DNA from: Felis catus
Lineage: Eukaryota
DNA: 64,000 nt
NCBI RefSeq assembly: GCF_018350175.1
Contig: NC_058368.1
Coordinates: 13,206,001-13,270,000, forward strand
Direction of reading: 5' to 3'
The notes under the pieces: model-generated
Told to the model about the DNA's origin: nothing
What the model saw: the letters and a program-made list of their open reading frames with translations, nothing else
Databases searched by the model: none
Made by a program: the position numbers and the translations under genes
Shown here: positions 37,611-50,859 of the stretch, in pieces
Numbering within the stretch: the stretch's first letter is position 1
How the letters are laid out: each line of letters opens with the position of its first letter

Positions 37611-39104
37611 AAAGAAAATGATACAATCTCTTAGGAAGATGGGAGAGTCAGAAACACAGTCTGATGTTGACATTTAGGCAGAGACATTAAATCACTAAGA
37701 CCTGTGTGTAGGAAATCCTGCAACTAATATATCTCTCATCCAGCGAACCCCTCCTTTATCCATGAATAAGCATCAATTGCTATTCTCTGCATCATGGATT
37801 CTTCTCCATTATCCCCTCAGCCTTGCAAGCACTTCTATCTACTCCTGATATAAACCATCTGAAAAGTTAAGGTTTGCTGCTGTTTTTCATTATGCTGAGA
37901 CTGATCACAAAGGCATACCATGGCAATCAACGAGTACTAACCAGGCGGTACGTAAGGGCAATTTCGTGACAAGTGCACACTTGCATTTCATGCCCCTTAA
38001 TCTCTGCTCCTTCAAGCAGCACATGCCCCCAGTCTGGATTCAGACAATACTTTCTTTGTCAGAAAACTGCTGCAGTGAGAGTCAGAGAACCTGGCCTTGC
38101 CAGGAACCTTTTCCCTGGCACCTGAGGCAAAGGCCATTTAAAAAGCCTCTGTGTACATTTACACTCGTGCTATTGGCACACGTGGCCTTACCAAAAGAGC
38201 AATTTAATGCAAGTTATGGTCCCATCTGGCTCAGTGGTTTTATGTCTTCATAGCCTCCAGATGTTTAATGAGGTTCCTCTTCTGCCCACCTTTTCTGGTA
38301 GTGTTAAGGCCGAGGGTACAGTGGAGAATGCCCTGAGACCTGAAAAGCAGCTCTGAGACATCTGAAAGGCCCACTTGCTACACTGTGATTCTTTTCAAAG
38401 CATCTATTAGCCTGGAGTCATGATTATTGAGCAAGGATCATAAATTAAATTAAATTAAATGACATGTAGGAAATGTCTGACCTGTCAGAAATACAGCCAA
38501 ATAGAAATTCCTGAACCAGAGTAATAAGAAAATCAGTTCTATGGCTGGAGGTTGATTAAACCCAACTTCAAGGTATTTCTCTGATATCCAGCTGCCTGGT
38601 GTAGTATTTACAGGGAATCCTTATGCAACATTGACTCTAAATGGGTAATGTGCCAAGTATTGCAAACATTCTTTGAAACTGTGTTAGCTTAAAAATTCTT
38701 TGAGTGGGATACTTCTTTGTGGCAGACATTGGCTGATGGAGACAGATAGAGCCATTAGTTATAAATGGTTACCTACACTGGGTAAAATGAATAAAACAAT
38801 GGTCCCATCATACTTATGGGTTAGAGTTTTGCAAAATACTTCACAACTAATGCAAAGTTACCAACTAATCAAAATGGACAGTGTCCCGGTCAGAGTGGAC
38901 GCCAACTGTGAAGAATCGGTACTTGTGTTGAATGCGCTGCTGGGGTATCAGCCCTGCTTGTAGATAAGTGTGTAATACCTGGGTCAGGGAGACAGCATCA
39001 CTCAGAGCAAATATGTCCATATTACCCAAGTGTGTGCTTCCATGGATATCCAAAAAAGGTATCAAAAAATTCCTCTTATCCTTTTCTTGAAACAACATTC
39101 ATTC

Positions 39105-39262
39105 GTGTGAATGTACTTAATGCTACTGAACTGTATTTTTAAACTGGTTAGAACTGTTGAATCAACAATGTGTTGTGTGCCTGAAACTAATGTAACATTG
39201 TGTGTTAATTATACTTCAGTTAAAAAAAAAACTGCCAAAAAAAATGGTTACTATGGTAAAAA
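39105..39262 (+). mobile_element. Two nested very short L1 3' ends (carnivore-type piece ~39151-39240 inside an older piece)
   Basis: 'cctgaaactaatgtaacattgtgtgttaattatacttca' plus A tail, flanked by aaa(c/a)tggtta repeats; host 'gtgaatgtacttaatgctactgaactgta'. Confidence 0.7.
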
Positions 39263-39413
39263 CAACACAAAAAAGCATTACTCTTTAGAGAACTGTCCAC
39301 TCTGGATTAAATCCCCCAAGCCCTATAATGATCTCATTTACAACACTTATCATCCTGTGTTTTAATTGATTGTTTTCAATCCATCTCCTGCATTAGCCTG
39401 TGATATCTTTCTT

Positions 39414-39636
39414 TAAAAAAATTTTTTTTCAACGTTTATTTATTTTTGGGACAGAGAGAGAGACAGAGCATGAACGGGGGAGGGGCAGAGAGAGAGAGGG
39501 AGACACAGAATTGGAAACAGGCTCCAGGCTCTGAGCCATCAGCCCAGAGCCTGACGCAGGGCTCGAACTCACGGACCGCGAGATCGTGACCTGGCTGAAG
39601 TCGGACGCTTAACCGACTGTGCCACCCAGGCGCCCC
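39414..39636 (-). mobile_element. Young felid CanSINE (SINEC_Fc type)
   Basis: CpG-rich, close to the copy at 141; TSD tagcctgtgat(a/t)tctttctt at 39394-39413 and 39637-39656. Confidence 0.97.
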
Positions 39637-41036
39637 TAGCCTGTGATTTCTTTCTTATTGGTCTTTGGATCTCCAGGATTTAGTGCCTGGCACATAGTAT
39701 ACACTCAATACATTTCGAGTGAATTAAAGACTCCAAGTAAGCAAAGACTTGAAATAAATTGCATTTAGCTCAAAACATTAAAACCTTCCTTAATACTATT
39801 GAGAATAAAGCTTATGGTTAGTCAGCATTAGTGAATATACAGAAGCCACGTGTGTTGGGAATGAAATGGTTAAACAGGAGAGCCCAAGCCCACTGCAGCC
39901 ACTGAGACTTTTTGATCGTACATCATTGGAAGTACAGTAGCAGTCGATAACTTCTGTGCAGATAAGATTTTTTTTCAAGTGAATTCAATTTGAAAATTGT
40001 TCTATTCTAGGCAAAAAGCCAAGAAGACCCACATAATTTTCACCATTACTTCAGCTGAAAAACTTCCCCAGGTAACAGGCACATTGAGTGTTTTGGCATT
40101 AAATTACTCCATTCATTAGCCAATTAGAAACAGGAAGTACAAGCTAGAAAAGTAGAAATAAAATTGATGAAGACACTGCTTTCACAGGAGCAATATGGAG
40201 AATTCCCTATATTGCTCGGAAGGAAGAAAATATTTCAAAGCAGATCAGCTCACACCATAGATGAAAACAAGAGACTCAGAACGCCCAGAGAATCCAAAAT
40301 GACTGAAATTGCCATTAGCCATGTTTGGCCAAGTGTATCACCAGTTTCTTAGGGAGAAGGATGGGGGTTAATATTAGAACTGTAAATAAGAATATGCATA
40401 AACACCCACAGGCATTTGCTTTTGTTAGTGTAGTAAATGTGTATAGTTAATTCATAGCGTAAGTTCAATAAACTCTCACCTAATTCTACTGTGATCTCTA
40501 TTAGATCCTGAGCTAAAATAATGCATGCAAGGATTGTTATATTGGTTTCAGTGGTTGCATCTGACTCTCTGGACCTTTTTCTCTGTCCCATCCTTAACTT
40601 TGCTTTGAAATATCCTTGAGAACATAGAGAAACACAACATTAGTCACTACGCAAACTGATCAATGATTTGAAAATACTTTGGAGATGTTATTCTGAGGGA
40701 AAATGTATTTGGGCTGCATTGAAAATGATCTTGGAATGGTTTACCCTGAGGCCTGTGGTATTTCCTGAGTTACTTTCCTGCAACGAGAAATACTTGCAGC
40801 AGGGATGAGGCAGGAGTTAGCTTTTGCTCCCTTCTACTACTGTATGTCTTGTAACAGAGATTTTGGTCTCATGCTTTTATTTCTACATCCCAAAGGAGGC
40901 TGCAGTAATCAATAACACAGTGTGAGATACTGTGCAAGGACACTGGGAGGTTGTGCATTGCATGCTGTTCCTAGAGGTGGAAGCCAATTGGTCATTAATT
41001 AATTCAGTTTGTAATCCATTTGAAAAAGGCGGCCTG

Positions 41037-41413
41037 CCTTTGTAGCAACGTGGACGGAACTGGAGAGTGTGATGCTAAGTGAAATAAGCCATACAGAGAA
41101 AGACAGATACCATATGTTTTCACTCTTATGTGGATCCTGAGAAACTTAACAGAAACCCATGGGGGAGGGGAAGGAAAGAAAAAAGAGGGTAGAGTGGGAG
41201 AGAGCCAAAGCATAAGAGACTCTTAAAAACTGAGAACAAACTGAGGGTTGATGGGGGGTGGGAGGGAGGGGAGGCTGGGTGATGGGTATTGAGGAGGGCA
41301 CCTTTTGGGATGAGACTGGGTGTTGTATGGAAACCAATTTGACAATAAATTTCATATATTGAAGAAAAAAACCTCAAATACCAAAAAAAAAAAAAAAAGA
41401 AAAAAGAAAAAAA
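41037..41413 (+). mobile_element. Young felid-type L1, 5'-truncated 3' end
   Basis: L1 3'UTR, aataaa, long A tail; TSD gaaaaaggc(g/a)gcctg at 41022-41036 and 41414-41428. Confidence 0.95.
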
Positions 41414-41946
41414 GAAAAAGGCAGCCTGAATTCCATCATGTTTGTTGCTAAAGAGATACTGATGAACAGGAGCGATTTGGTTTCTGCCTTTATCACACTG
41501 ATACCCCAGCCATAAGAAAGAATTACAGTTAAACATGAATAAAAATAAGTGTGGGAAATGCTTTCACAGGGAGAAAACGAAGTACTATGGAACACACAGC
41601 ATGAAAATAACGTTTTGGGGGATCTCGGAGTGGGAAGTCAGGATCAGGGAGCCTTTTTGTAGAAAGTGACTTTCATAGTGATACTGAAGGCAATGACAAC
41701 ACGTGTTGGACGTTTTGCAAGAAGAAGAGAAATCCAAAAGCTGCAGAGTGTGATTTTTATGAATTTCTGGGATCAATTTCAACTCTTATTCTCAGAAAGC
41801 CACAAAGTCACACCCTCATAGTTATTATTGTTAGACAAGATTCGGCGAAGAGTTCTGTATGTTAACCTGCCCCCAATGTGCAATCTGATAGACGGATTGT
41901 AGAAGCACACCAAACGAAGTGATGGGGATCAAAAGAAATCCACAAA

Positions 41947-42850
41947 TCCAATTCACTGATTTAATAAATATTTAGTGAGGTCCTACTATGTGCCAGGGGC
42001 TCTTCTAGTCCTGAGCATGTAGCAGAAAACGAAACAAAATTCCTGCTGTGTATGCTTACATTCTAATGGGGAGAGAGAGGAAATAAGCAAATACAAATGT
42101 CAGGTGGTGCTAATGGCTATGGAGAAAAACAAAACAGTAGAGAAGAGTGAACAGGAAGAGAGTAATAGAGGCTGGGGTGATCACAAAAGGCTTTACTGGT
42201 AAGTGGAATTTGAAGGCAGTTCTGAATTAAGTGGTAGTCTTGTGAATGCCTGAAGGAAAGCCTTCTGAGCTGAGGGAATGATATATGCAAAGGCCCTGAG
42301 GCGAAATTGTGCTTGGTCTGTTTGATGAACAGCAAGGAGGACATTGTGAGTGTGGCAGAAAGGAGGAGACAGAGAATGGTGGGAGCTGGGTTCAGAGCAT
42401 CCGGAGAAGAAGCCAAGGACAAGCTCACACAGGTTAAGTATGCCAGAGATGGTGTGATGTTAAGGGAGTAACTAGATTTCATTTAGTTTTATATACAAGA
42501 ATCACTGTGGCTGCTGTGTGACCAATAGAGAGACAGTGAGCAGTGGCAGAAGCAGGGAGATTCTCTAGGACAGTCATCCATAGACATATTATAAGGGCCT
42601 GTTAATACGGGAGGTAAGGAGTGATGGTGGGTTTCTTGCAAATGTCAATCCAGTCCTTCACCTGGTAATTATTATATAAGCAGCCCTTCGGGAGAGCACC
42701 GGAGGACTGACCAAAGACAGAAGTGCATCTTTCATCATTCCTGCCTTAGGATTTGTAGAGAGATAAGAAATGAGTTGAAAGAAAGAAAAGAGTTAAGGAT
42801 GACACCAGTTTTAGGAGTAGCCATTTAGGAGATGGGGAATTATTGTGTCA
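41947..42850 (-). mobile_element. L2 (L2a-like) 3' region
   Basis: 'aaatatttagtgaggtcctactatgtgccagg', 'tgcaaaggccctgagg', 'gaacagcaaggagg', 'ttaaggatgacacc'. Confidence 0.88.
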
Positions 42851-43131
42851 GACAATGTGAACATTTTAAATGCTCTCGATACACATTGCCAAGCACTCTC
42901 AAGACAGGTTAGGTCTTGGTTGGTTCTGAGACCATCCTATCTGGAAACATCTGGACTAGTATAAGTTGGGGCCATCACATTAAGGAGTGATGGTGATGTT
43001 TGGGCTTTTTATTTCAACTAGGGTTGTGTTTCCCCTGCGTAAGGAGGTGGGAGACATATTTCAGAACTGTCCATCATGAATAGTGGATATTCTGCTTACA
43101 TTAACTGAAATATTAAAAAAATGGAGGATGG

Positions 43132-43136
<5 letters not shown>

Positions 43137-43178
<42 letters not shown>
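43137..43178. repeat. (AT)n microsatellite
   Basis: About 21 perfect units. Confidence 0.98.
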
Positions 43179-43181
<3 letters not shown>

Positions 43182-43293
43182 CTTCCTTATTGAGATTTCA
43201 TATTGTTTCCCATCCATGTGATTCTAATTAACTCTGCATTCTACTCCATGTTTTATTACCCCTTCTCCCCTGTCTTCAGAGCCTCTGTTCTAG

Positions 43294-43776
43294 TGTTGCT
43301 GGGTGGACTGGGGAGACCTTCGCCCAGCCCAGCCAAGGGTTGTCACCGGAAGCGCTTGGTCTCATCACAAGAATTCTAGGACAGACCAGACACTGCCATT
43401 AAGGGGCACAAGTGGGAAAGTCTCTTAAAGTGAGAGTATACTCTTGAGATGTGAGAGTGAGTGAGCTCAAGGGAGGGTTGTGCCTAGGGTTTGGGTCTCT
43501 ATCTTTTATTGACACTTGTTAACTAGGCAGTGGAATATTTATTACTTGGGGCCGGGATTTCTCGGGAGCAGGGTTTTATGCATTTTCTCCCTAATTTGGT
43601 AAGAGTTTCCGGCCTTCCTTGTCTGAGGCCTGTCTGGTTTGATCTGGCTTCTGATGGCTTTGTTTTTGCAGTGCTGCTGGGACAGGTTTCTAACTTTCCC
43701 AATAGCTAGCCATGACACCCCCCCTTGCTGGCCTCCGGGCATCCTGTTAAAACCTAATTAACTGCCTATTCTAACA
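43294..43776 (-). mobile_element. ERV1-type solo LTR, probably carnivore-specific
   Basis: TGTT...AACA termini, about 480 bp, GC/CpG richer than flanks; minus strand begins TGTTAGAATAGGCAG and has a TATA-like caataaaag (~43503-43511). Confidence 0.7.
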
Positions 43777-43999
43777 TTAAGATTTTAGACCAAGAATCCC
43801 TCTTTTTAAAAAGAGCATGTCAGATGGCCAAGTTCTGTTATTTGATGAGGTGGTAGGTAGAAGGGAGAGAAGAGGCACCAAGGACATGAATAACATGGAA
43901 AAGAGATAAAGAGTTGGCATATCTCCAGACTTAGCTGGGAATGGCCTAGTCTAAGAAGATAGAAGACAGAACCTTCAGAACTAAACTAGACCCATCTTA

Positions 44000-44362
44000 G
44001 TTTTTTCCTTCAAATTTTTATTTGAATTCTGGTTAGTTAACATATAGTGTAATATCGGTTTCAGGAGTAGAATTAGTGATTCATCACTTACATCCAACAC
44101 CCAGTGCTCAGCACGACAACTGCCCTCCTTAATACCTATCACCCATTTAGCCCATCCCTTGCCCACTTCCCCTCCATCAACCTTCAGTTTATTTTCTATA
44201 TTTAAGAGTCTCTTATGTTTTGCTTCCATCGTTTTGTTTTTTTTTTTTACTTCTCCTATGTTCATCTGTTTTGTTTCTTAGATCCCCCGCTATGAGTGAA
44301 ATAATATGGTATTTGTCTTTCCCTGACTGGTTAAATTTTGTTTAGCATAATATACTCTATCC
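44000..44362 (-). mobile_element. Carnivore L1 3' end
   Basis: 'gattcatcacttacatccaacacccagtgctca...gagtctcttatg...tatgagtgaaataatatggtatttgtc', similar to the L1 3'UTR at 55.7-56.0 kb. Confidence 0.92.
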
Positions 44363-45211
44363 AATGACGTTTGCTTTTGCCTCCTTTTGATGATTTCCCA
44401 GAAATGTTACACTGCATTGTCATTAAACAGATTCATTACTCTCACTGCTATAGACTTATTTGGGTGGTGATTTTCTGCAAAATTTTGCAGTTTTCCACAC
44501 TTTAAGTATCTCCCTAATCTCATTTGAAGTGAGGAATTCCTCTGCCTTTTCCTCCTCCTCCTCTTCAGATGAGATGCAGATGTAGACTTTTTATAAAATC
44601 TTGCAGTTTTGGCCACTTGCATACCTCATTTGTACTTCTTGATTTCTTTTTTAACTTCCACTGTAATCATCTCCTTCTTCTTACCTCCTTTCTTTTCAAC
44701 CTTTCTCTGACTGGGGCCATTGTATATGTTCGCATGGATGTTGACTACAGTACCGTATTAAAAGCTGCTGTCATATATTGTGTTTAATGGAACTGGCAAT
44801 AAGACAGCAGAGGAAGGGGTCTATAACTGTAGGCAGCCTGACGTAGAACGAAGCAAAGCATTCCTAAGTATACTTTTGTATGGAAAAGCAAAGGATTATC
44901 CATAGTGCTCTGAAGTGACAAAATATACACTAGTGCCAGTTGTGGGCACCTTCTGACGTTCTGAAAAATCACTGTTTTCTGCCAAAAATTATGGCCTGAG
45001 ACTGAACATCCAAGCATGGGGGACTATCACCCACAATCCCGCAGCAAGAGAGAGAGAGAAACCATTGGCTCACTTGTGATCATGTGACTTTCAGTGTCAT
45101 GTACTACTCATATTGCAAGACATCACTTGGTTATCAGGTTAAAATTTATTAGGAATGTTTGCTCATCTTTCAGAACACTCGTAAAACAAGTCACCCGCAA
45201 TCCAAGGTGTT

Positions 45212-45217
<6 letters not shown>

Positions 45218-45256
<39 letters not shown>
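45218..45256. repeat. (TG)n microsatellite
   Basis: About 19 units, within a short L1-like fragment. Confidence 0.97.
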
Positions 45257-45259
<3 letters not shown>

Positions 45260-45733
45260 CACACGTGTATATATATCATCTTATTTATTCATTCATCAGT
45301 CAATGGACATGAGACACATATGACAGTGTATAGCACAAATGGAACAGTAATACTCAACAGTAAGCACTGAAAGGTGAATTCAGTCTTGTACCCAAGAGTG
45401 TGATCCCATCCTCATTCATTCTGGTTTTAACTTCGGTTAGACCCAACAATTAAGTCCCATAGATTATCACTAGAGTCTATATTATTCTCAGTACACCACA
45501 ACCTGTTCTATAGTTCAGGATTCATCTTCTGGATATCTCATTTGTCTCAAACTAGACCACTAAACTGTTGAATGAATCTGATCATTGTGTGAAAACTTCA
45601 GCTACAGATGGGGCTCTAGCTTCTGAGATCAGAGTCTTCCATACTCACAGGGAAACTTGGCAAAGATTTCAAGAAGAAAATACTCCTAGAATCCCAGTTC
45701 AGTAATTAATACTCTATCAGAATCCCAAGACTA

Positions 45734-45957
45734 GGGGCACCTGGGTGGCTCAGTCGGTTAAGCATCTGACTTCGGCTCAGGTCATGATCTCACAGCTTGT
45801 GAGTTTGAGCCCCGCACCAGGCTCTGTGCTGACAGCTGGGAGCCTGGAGCCCGCTTCGGATTCTGTGTCTCCCTCTCTCTCTGACCTTCCCCCGTTCATG
45901 CTCTGTCTCTCTCTCTGTCTCAAAAATAAATAAACGTTTAAAAAATTTTTAAAAAAA
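45734..45957 (+). mobile_element. CanSINE
   Basis: Full body; degenerate TSD gaatcccaagacta / gaatactgagacta. Confidence 0.96.
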
Positions 45958-45984
45958 GAATACTGAGACTAAACTAATCATTTC

Positions 45985-46165
45985 TTCATCACTCTAATAG
46001 CCTTTGATAATTGTTTTGTTTATTCACTTATTCGTGATTGTCTGTCATCCCCACTAGAAAATAATCCAGAGGAAGCCAGGGACTATGTGCTTCCTATTCA
46101 CCATCAACTCCTCAGTGCCTACTACATAATAAGCACTCAATAAATTGTTGCTATCAATAAAATGC
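45985..46165 (+). mobile_element. L2 3' end
   Basis: 'ttgtctgtcatccccactagaa...gccagggactatgt...aagcactcaataaattgttg'. Confidence 0.75.
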
Positions 46166-46979
46166 ATCGTTCACCCATGAAAAGAGGTTTTAGGGCAAAA
46201 TTGAGGACAACTTTGTGGCTGTACGGAAGACTGCAATGGTAACTTTTGACTATAGCATTTCCCACTTAAGATTTATACCATACTTACTTCCAAAAGGACT
46301 TGAGTTCTACTAGATATTGAGATACACTGTGACTCTCATAACATCTTTATTTCTAGAATGTAAGCCAGCATACGAAGATGAACATTTTAAATATTATTTT
46401 ATGAATATTTAATGGAGAAATGCTCTGCACTTTTTTCAGAGAATGTGTATAACTGGTATATGTTATTTTGCATGCCACCTTCCAGCCCATGCCCTTCAGA
46501 AGTAAAGATGTTTATTTAAGTTGTAATGGCTTCATCTTTTCATCACAAAATCCAGGTGACATGTTCATTAGAGTTTTGAAGGCTTTGTGGCAAAAATGCT
46601 ATGTTCATGAATTTTCATTTCACTGTACTTCTATGATGTATGTGTAGAACTGGTCGCAGACAACACCCTATTATTTAAATCTGAGGTTTCCTAATAGGCA
46701 GTGGGAAATATCAGACTAACATGTTGATTATAATGATGTTTGGCCTCTCATGATCAATATTCAACACTCATTGGATATTCTGAGTGCAGTATTAATATTT
46801 CAGAATAAACTACACTGTGAGGAAGTGTGGAATCTTCTTATGAAATCTGTTGACCTTTACTTCAGATAACATTAAATTATTTTTAATGAATGAAAAACAA
46901 AAATGGGATGATTAAATTTCTATTCATTGTGTTGCCTCTGAGTGGTCATTACCAAGCAGAACTTCTGATAGAAGGTTAT

Positions 46980-47187
46980 TTTTTTTAATATTTATTTATT
47001 TATTTTGAGAGAGAGAGAGAGAGAGCAAAAGTGCAAGTGGGAGAGGGGCAGAGAGAGAAGGAGAGAGTCCAAAGCAGGCTCTGTGATGATAGCGCAGAGC
47101 CTGATGTGGAGCTCAAACTCACAAACTGAGACATTGTGACCTGAGCCAAAGTCAGACGCTTAACCACGTGAGTCACCCAGGTACTCC
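46980..47187 (-). mobile_element. CanSINE
   Basis: Antisense body with (GA)n and T tail. Confidence 0.94.
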
Positions 47188-48954
47188 GGAAATAGCTATT
47201 ATTTACAGCATTCATAATTGGCTTTCTTAGGACACTTGGTATTTCGTGGTCCCCTTAGGGAGGAGACATTTGGCAACAGTGCTAGCTATAAGTCTTTGTT
47301 TATAGCATACCTCATAGCCATACTGCTGTCTAGAGCCCTGCCTTTTTACCACATGACTGGCTCTCAATCCCAGTCTACCAGCACCTGAAGAGCCACTGCA
47401 CCCCATTACTCTCCTGACGTGAGCTCTGGTCCGCACTGTCTCCACCACACCTCTTTGGAGCTGAGTTGCATTACCTGGAAGCTCTTAGAGTAGGATCTAC
47501 ACACTCTGCCAACTCATTTCCACGCCTCTCCTTCTTCCATTTATTTTGTTTCAGGACACTTAATGAAAAGAGTAATGCTGTGTAATGTTATTTCTGCCTT
47601 GTTTTTAAGCCTGGTTTTAAGTGGCAGCATATTTCCGCCTGGGATGTGCTGTAATTAAGCCATTCTACTGATAACTCTTTAGACTGTTCCCAAAGTTTTA
47701 CTGTTGTAGTGACCTCATCTTTTCGGTATAAAATCCTTGCTGTGTATCTATCTTGTTGTAACGAACTTTGGGGGGCACATATCTATTTTTCAAAGCTTAA
47801 ATTTTTTCTCTACAAGATCATTTTTTAAAAAGAGTAATTGCTGGATATATGAACTTTCCCAAATTATTTAATGGTTTCTGGGCTAATTACTTAGAAATGT
47901 GAGCTATCTCTCACCACGCCCTTCCCAGTATTGACTGCTCCCTTGTAGTAATCTTTGTCAACCTAGTCAGTGAGAAATCCTTTTTCAGTAATGCAAATTG
48001 AGCAACAATTTACATTTCACAAATGATAAGTTACATACAGTTAAAGTGGTTTGGAATCTTTTTAACCTATATGCTATAACCAAGGGGTCACTTCTGAGCC
48101 GCTGACCTTTATGTGGTCTTCATGTCCCATTAAGTACTCTGATACTTAAAGCCTCAGGTCACTTTCAGTCTTAATTGTATTTTATTATTCTCCATTCTTG
48201 CAGAGTGTTTCAGACAATTTAGCTGGAAGGGTCTCTCCTCACCTTTTCTTCATTGCTTCATTTCCAGTTTTAACAATGACAGGTTTCCTGAGAGATTATA
48301 TTAATTTTATGATCATCACAAGGATTATTTTTACTCAACTGAATATAGGAATGAAATTTTAGGCTTAGAGGAAGGAGAAAGAGTTTTTGTCACTGAGAAG
48401 TACTTGGGCAGAAACTAAAGGTCAAAGATTCTCAGGTTTTGGCAACAACTGTTTTCATTCCACATCATGCCGGAAAATAAATAGAAGGCAATAAAATATC
48501 ACATTTCTTTAACATTTGCTAAGAGCATTTCTGCCGCCCTATTTTAAATTAGACAGCAGATCAGTCACCCAATGCCTATTCCTTCAACACTGGACTTGTT
48601 CAGGGAGAGCAATGTGTCTTCAGTGCCCAGCCTCTCTGTTTTTCCCTTCAGTGCCCTGACTTCTGAGAAGGATGCTTAGCATCTTTATGTCCTCCCCCCT
48701 CCATTAGAATTGACCATCGGTCAAGTTTGGAATATTTGTTTCTTGTTAAAATGTTGCCTCCACCAGAGTTCTTTGTATTTTCAAAATAAGAACACTTCTC
48801 AGATACTAAAGAGTAAACACACCCTTCAGTAAATAGTCATAGCCAACCTGATTTCTGAGCACCATCAAATGTGTTAGCCAAAGGAATGAATGATGTGTCT
48901 GTAATTCTTAAAGTTTTTATCTTTCCTGTAGGAGGGTTTTCTGTGACTCCACTT

Positions 48955-49125
48955 TGAGAGTATGTACCAAGCACTGTGCCCATCATATTAAACCCTCACA
49001 ACAACCTTCATTTAACAGAGGAGAAATCTTAAGCTCAGAGACACTAAGTAGGGTTAGCTATCAGGCAGTGGTGGAGATTTCAATCCTTGTCTGACTAACT
49101 CCAAAGGCCATGTTTTTAACCATAA
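48955..49125 (-). mobile_element. MIR
   Basis: 'tatgtaccaagcactgtgc...cctcacaacaacc...catttaacagaggagaaatcttaagctcagaga'. Confidence 0.75.
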
Positions 49126-49169
49126 TACCCTTGGATGCTTTCGTCTGAATGATAGACTTTGAGTCTGAG

Positions 49170-49728
49170 CCTTGCACATCCCACATGCTTCCCTGCCTGT
49201 GACCTTGCCAGTATTAGAGTATATTTCCTCTCCCCTTGATTCTGGGCTGATCCTGTGACTATTTGATAAATAAAATGTGGCAAAAATGATTCTGTTTAAC
49301 TTCCATAGATTAAGAGGTCTCCAGCTTCTGCTTTGGCTTCTTGGAACTTCTGGAACCCAGATGCCATAATGTAAGAAGGCCTACATGGAGGAGAACAAAA
49401 TCCCCCTAGGAAACTACCCAGTGCCCAGGGCCAGCTATAAAATGAAAACATGGACCCCAACCAGAGGCAAAGTCAATCTGTGTTCCCTCAGACCCAATAC
49501 CTATAAGGGAGGAAATTTTCCTCAACCCTGTTAGGGTCCTTGGCTGTGTTTCAAAGTGAAACTGGCAAAGATGTATTAATGAAGCTATTTTGGTCCTGTG
49601 AAAAGTCCTACAGCTCCAGAAGAAGAAACACCCAGTCGACCCACAGAACCATGTGAAATAACATAGTTGGTGCTTTAAGTTACCAAGTTTTGAGGTGATT
49701 TATTACAAGGCACTTGATAAATAAGTAA
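49170..49728 (+). mobile_element. MaLR solo LTR (MLT1G/H-like)
   Basis: 'ctccccttgattctgggctgatcctgtgact', 'gcctacatggaggagaac', 'cccacagaaccatgtgaaata...gctttaagttaccaagttttgaggtgattt'. Confidence 0.75.
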
Positions 49729-50464
49729 AAGATAGGATTTCTACCCACAAAAAACTTAACAGTATAATTGGCAAACAAAGAATACACAAAGTACTATTAG
49801 CCAATAACAATGTACAATCAAGTAAAAAGGAGAAAATAGGAAAAGTTACGTGTGAAGACAGTTCAAAAACAGAGGGTGCCTGGGGAAAAGTGGTCAGGAT
49901 ATTCAAGGAAACTTCCCAAAAGAGAACAGTGAGACAGACCCTGAAGTATGTGGAGTAGCTAGACAGTAAACTACAGGTGACCCTATCCGACTGTCTACTA
50001 TACTCACCGGGATGCAGCATGCCCACACATCCAAACACATGAAACCCATTTCCTAGACTAAGAGCCCGAACCATTCAGCTTCCTATACCTTCTACTTGCC
50101 TCTGCCCTTCTCTCCATTGCTCAAAACAGCCTTCATTTCTGCCTCTGGCTTTCAGTCTGATGCACAATTCAATTTCTGTTGCCTTCTGATCTTGTTCTAG
50201 TGTGCTGGTCACAGGTTTTTGTTTTCTCCACAGCTCTGAGATGGCAAAGCCTCTGGGATCCTTCTCTGCTGGGGTTAGCCTATCTCCTTCCCATCCTCCT
50301 GTGATTGCACATATTTGAAGCTCATTAGTGTGTAAAATCAGGATTTACACAAAGCACCATTTCCCTCACTTACTTGCTCATGGCACCCTCTTTTCCCAGG
50401 TCCTATTTTGGTTCTTCAGATGACCATTCAGGAAATGCTGCTTTAGACTAAATTTCTACAAGTT

Positions 50465-50540
50465 GTTTTGAAGCATCTGTATTTTTAGCAAGCTCCCAAG
50501 ATGATTCGGATGTGCACCAAAGTTTGTGAAACACTGTTTT
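50465..50540. mobile_element. MER5-like MITE fragment
   Basis: 'atctgtatttttagcaagctcccaagatgattc...aaagtttgtgaaacactg'. Confidence 0.6.
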
Positions 50541-50859
50541 AGAAATAAGTGGAACTGAAGTTATAATAATTCTCCCATAATTTCTGATCAGTCTCACTCA
50601 GTCAATCTTCAGGACTCAAACACGAAGCCCCTCAAAACTCCATAATCTTCCACAATTACAACTAAATTTCTCTGCTACTTGACAGTTACTGTGGTGTAAG
50701 TCTGAGACATGTAATCTTTGCCTAACATTTTATTTTATTGGATCTTTATTTTTTCTACCTCTGCATGGCACTAGGATTCAGGAAGCCTGAATTCTTGTAA
50801 GGCTTTTCAACTGGGTAGTTTGACTCTTTCTGTAATATGCAATTCAACATTCAATGTAG

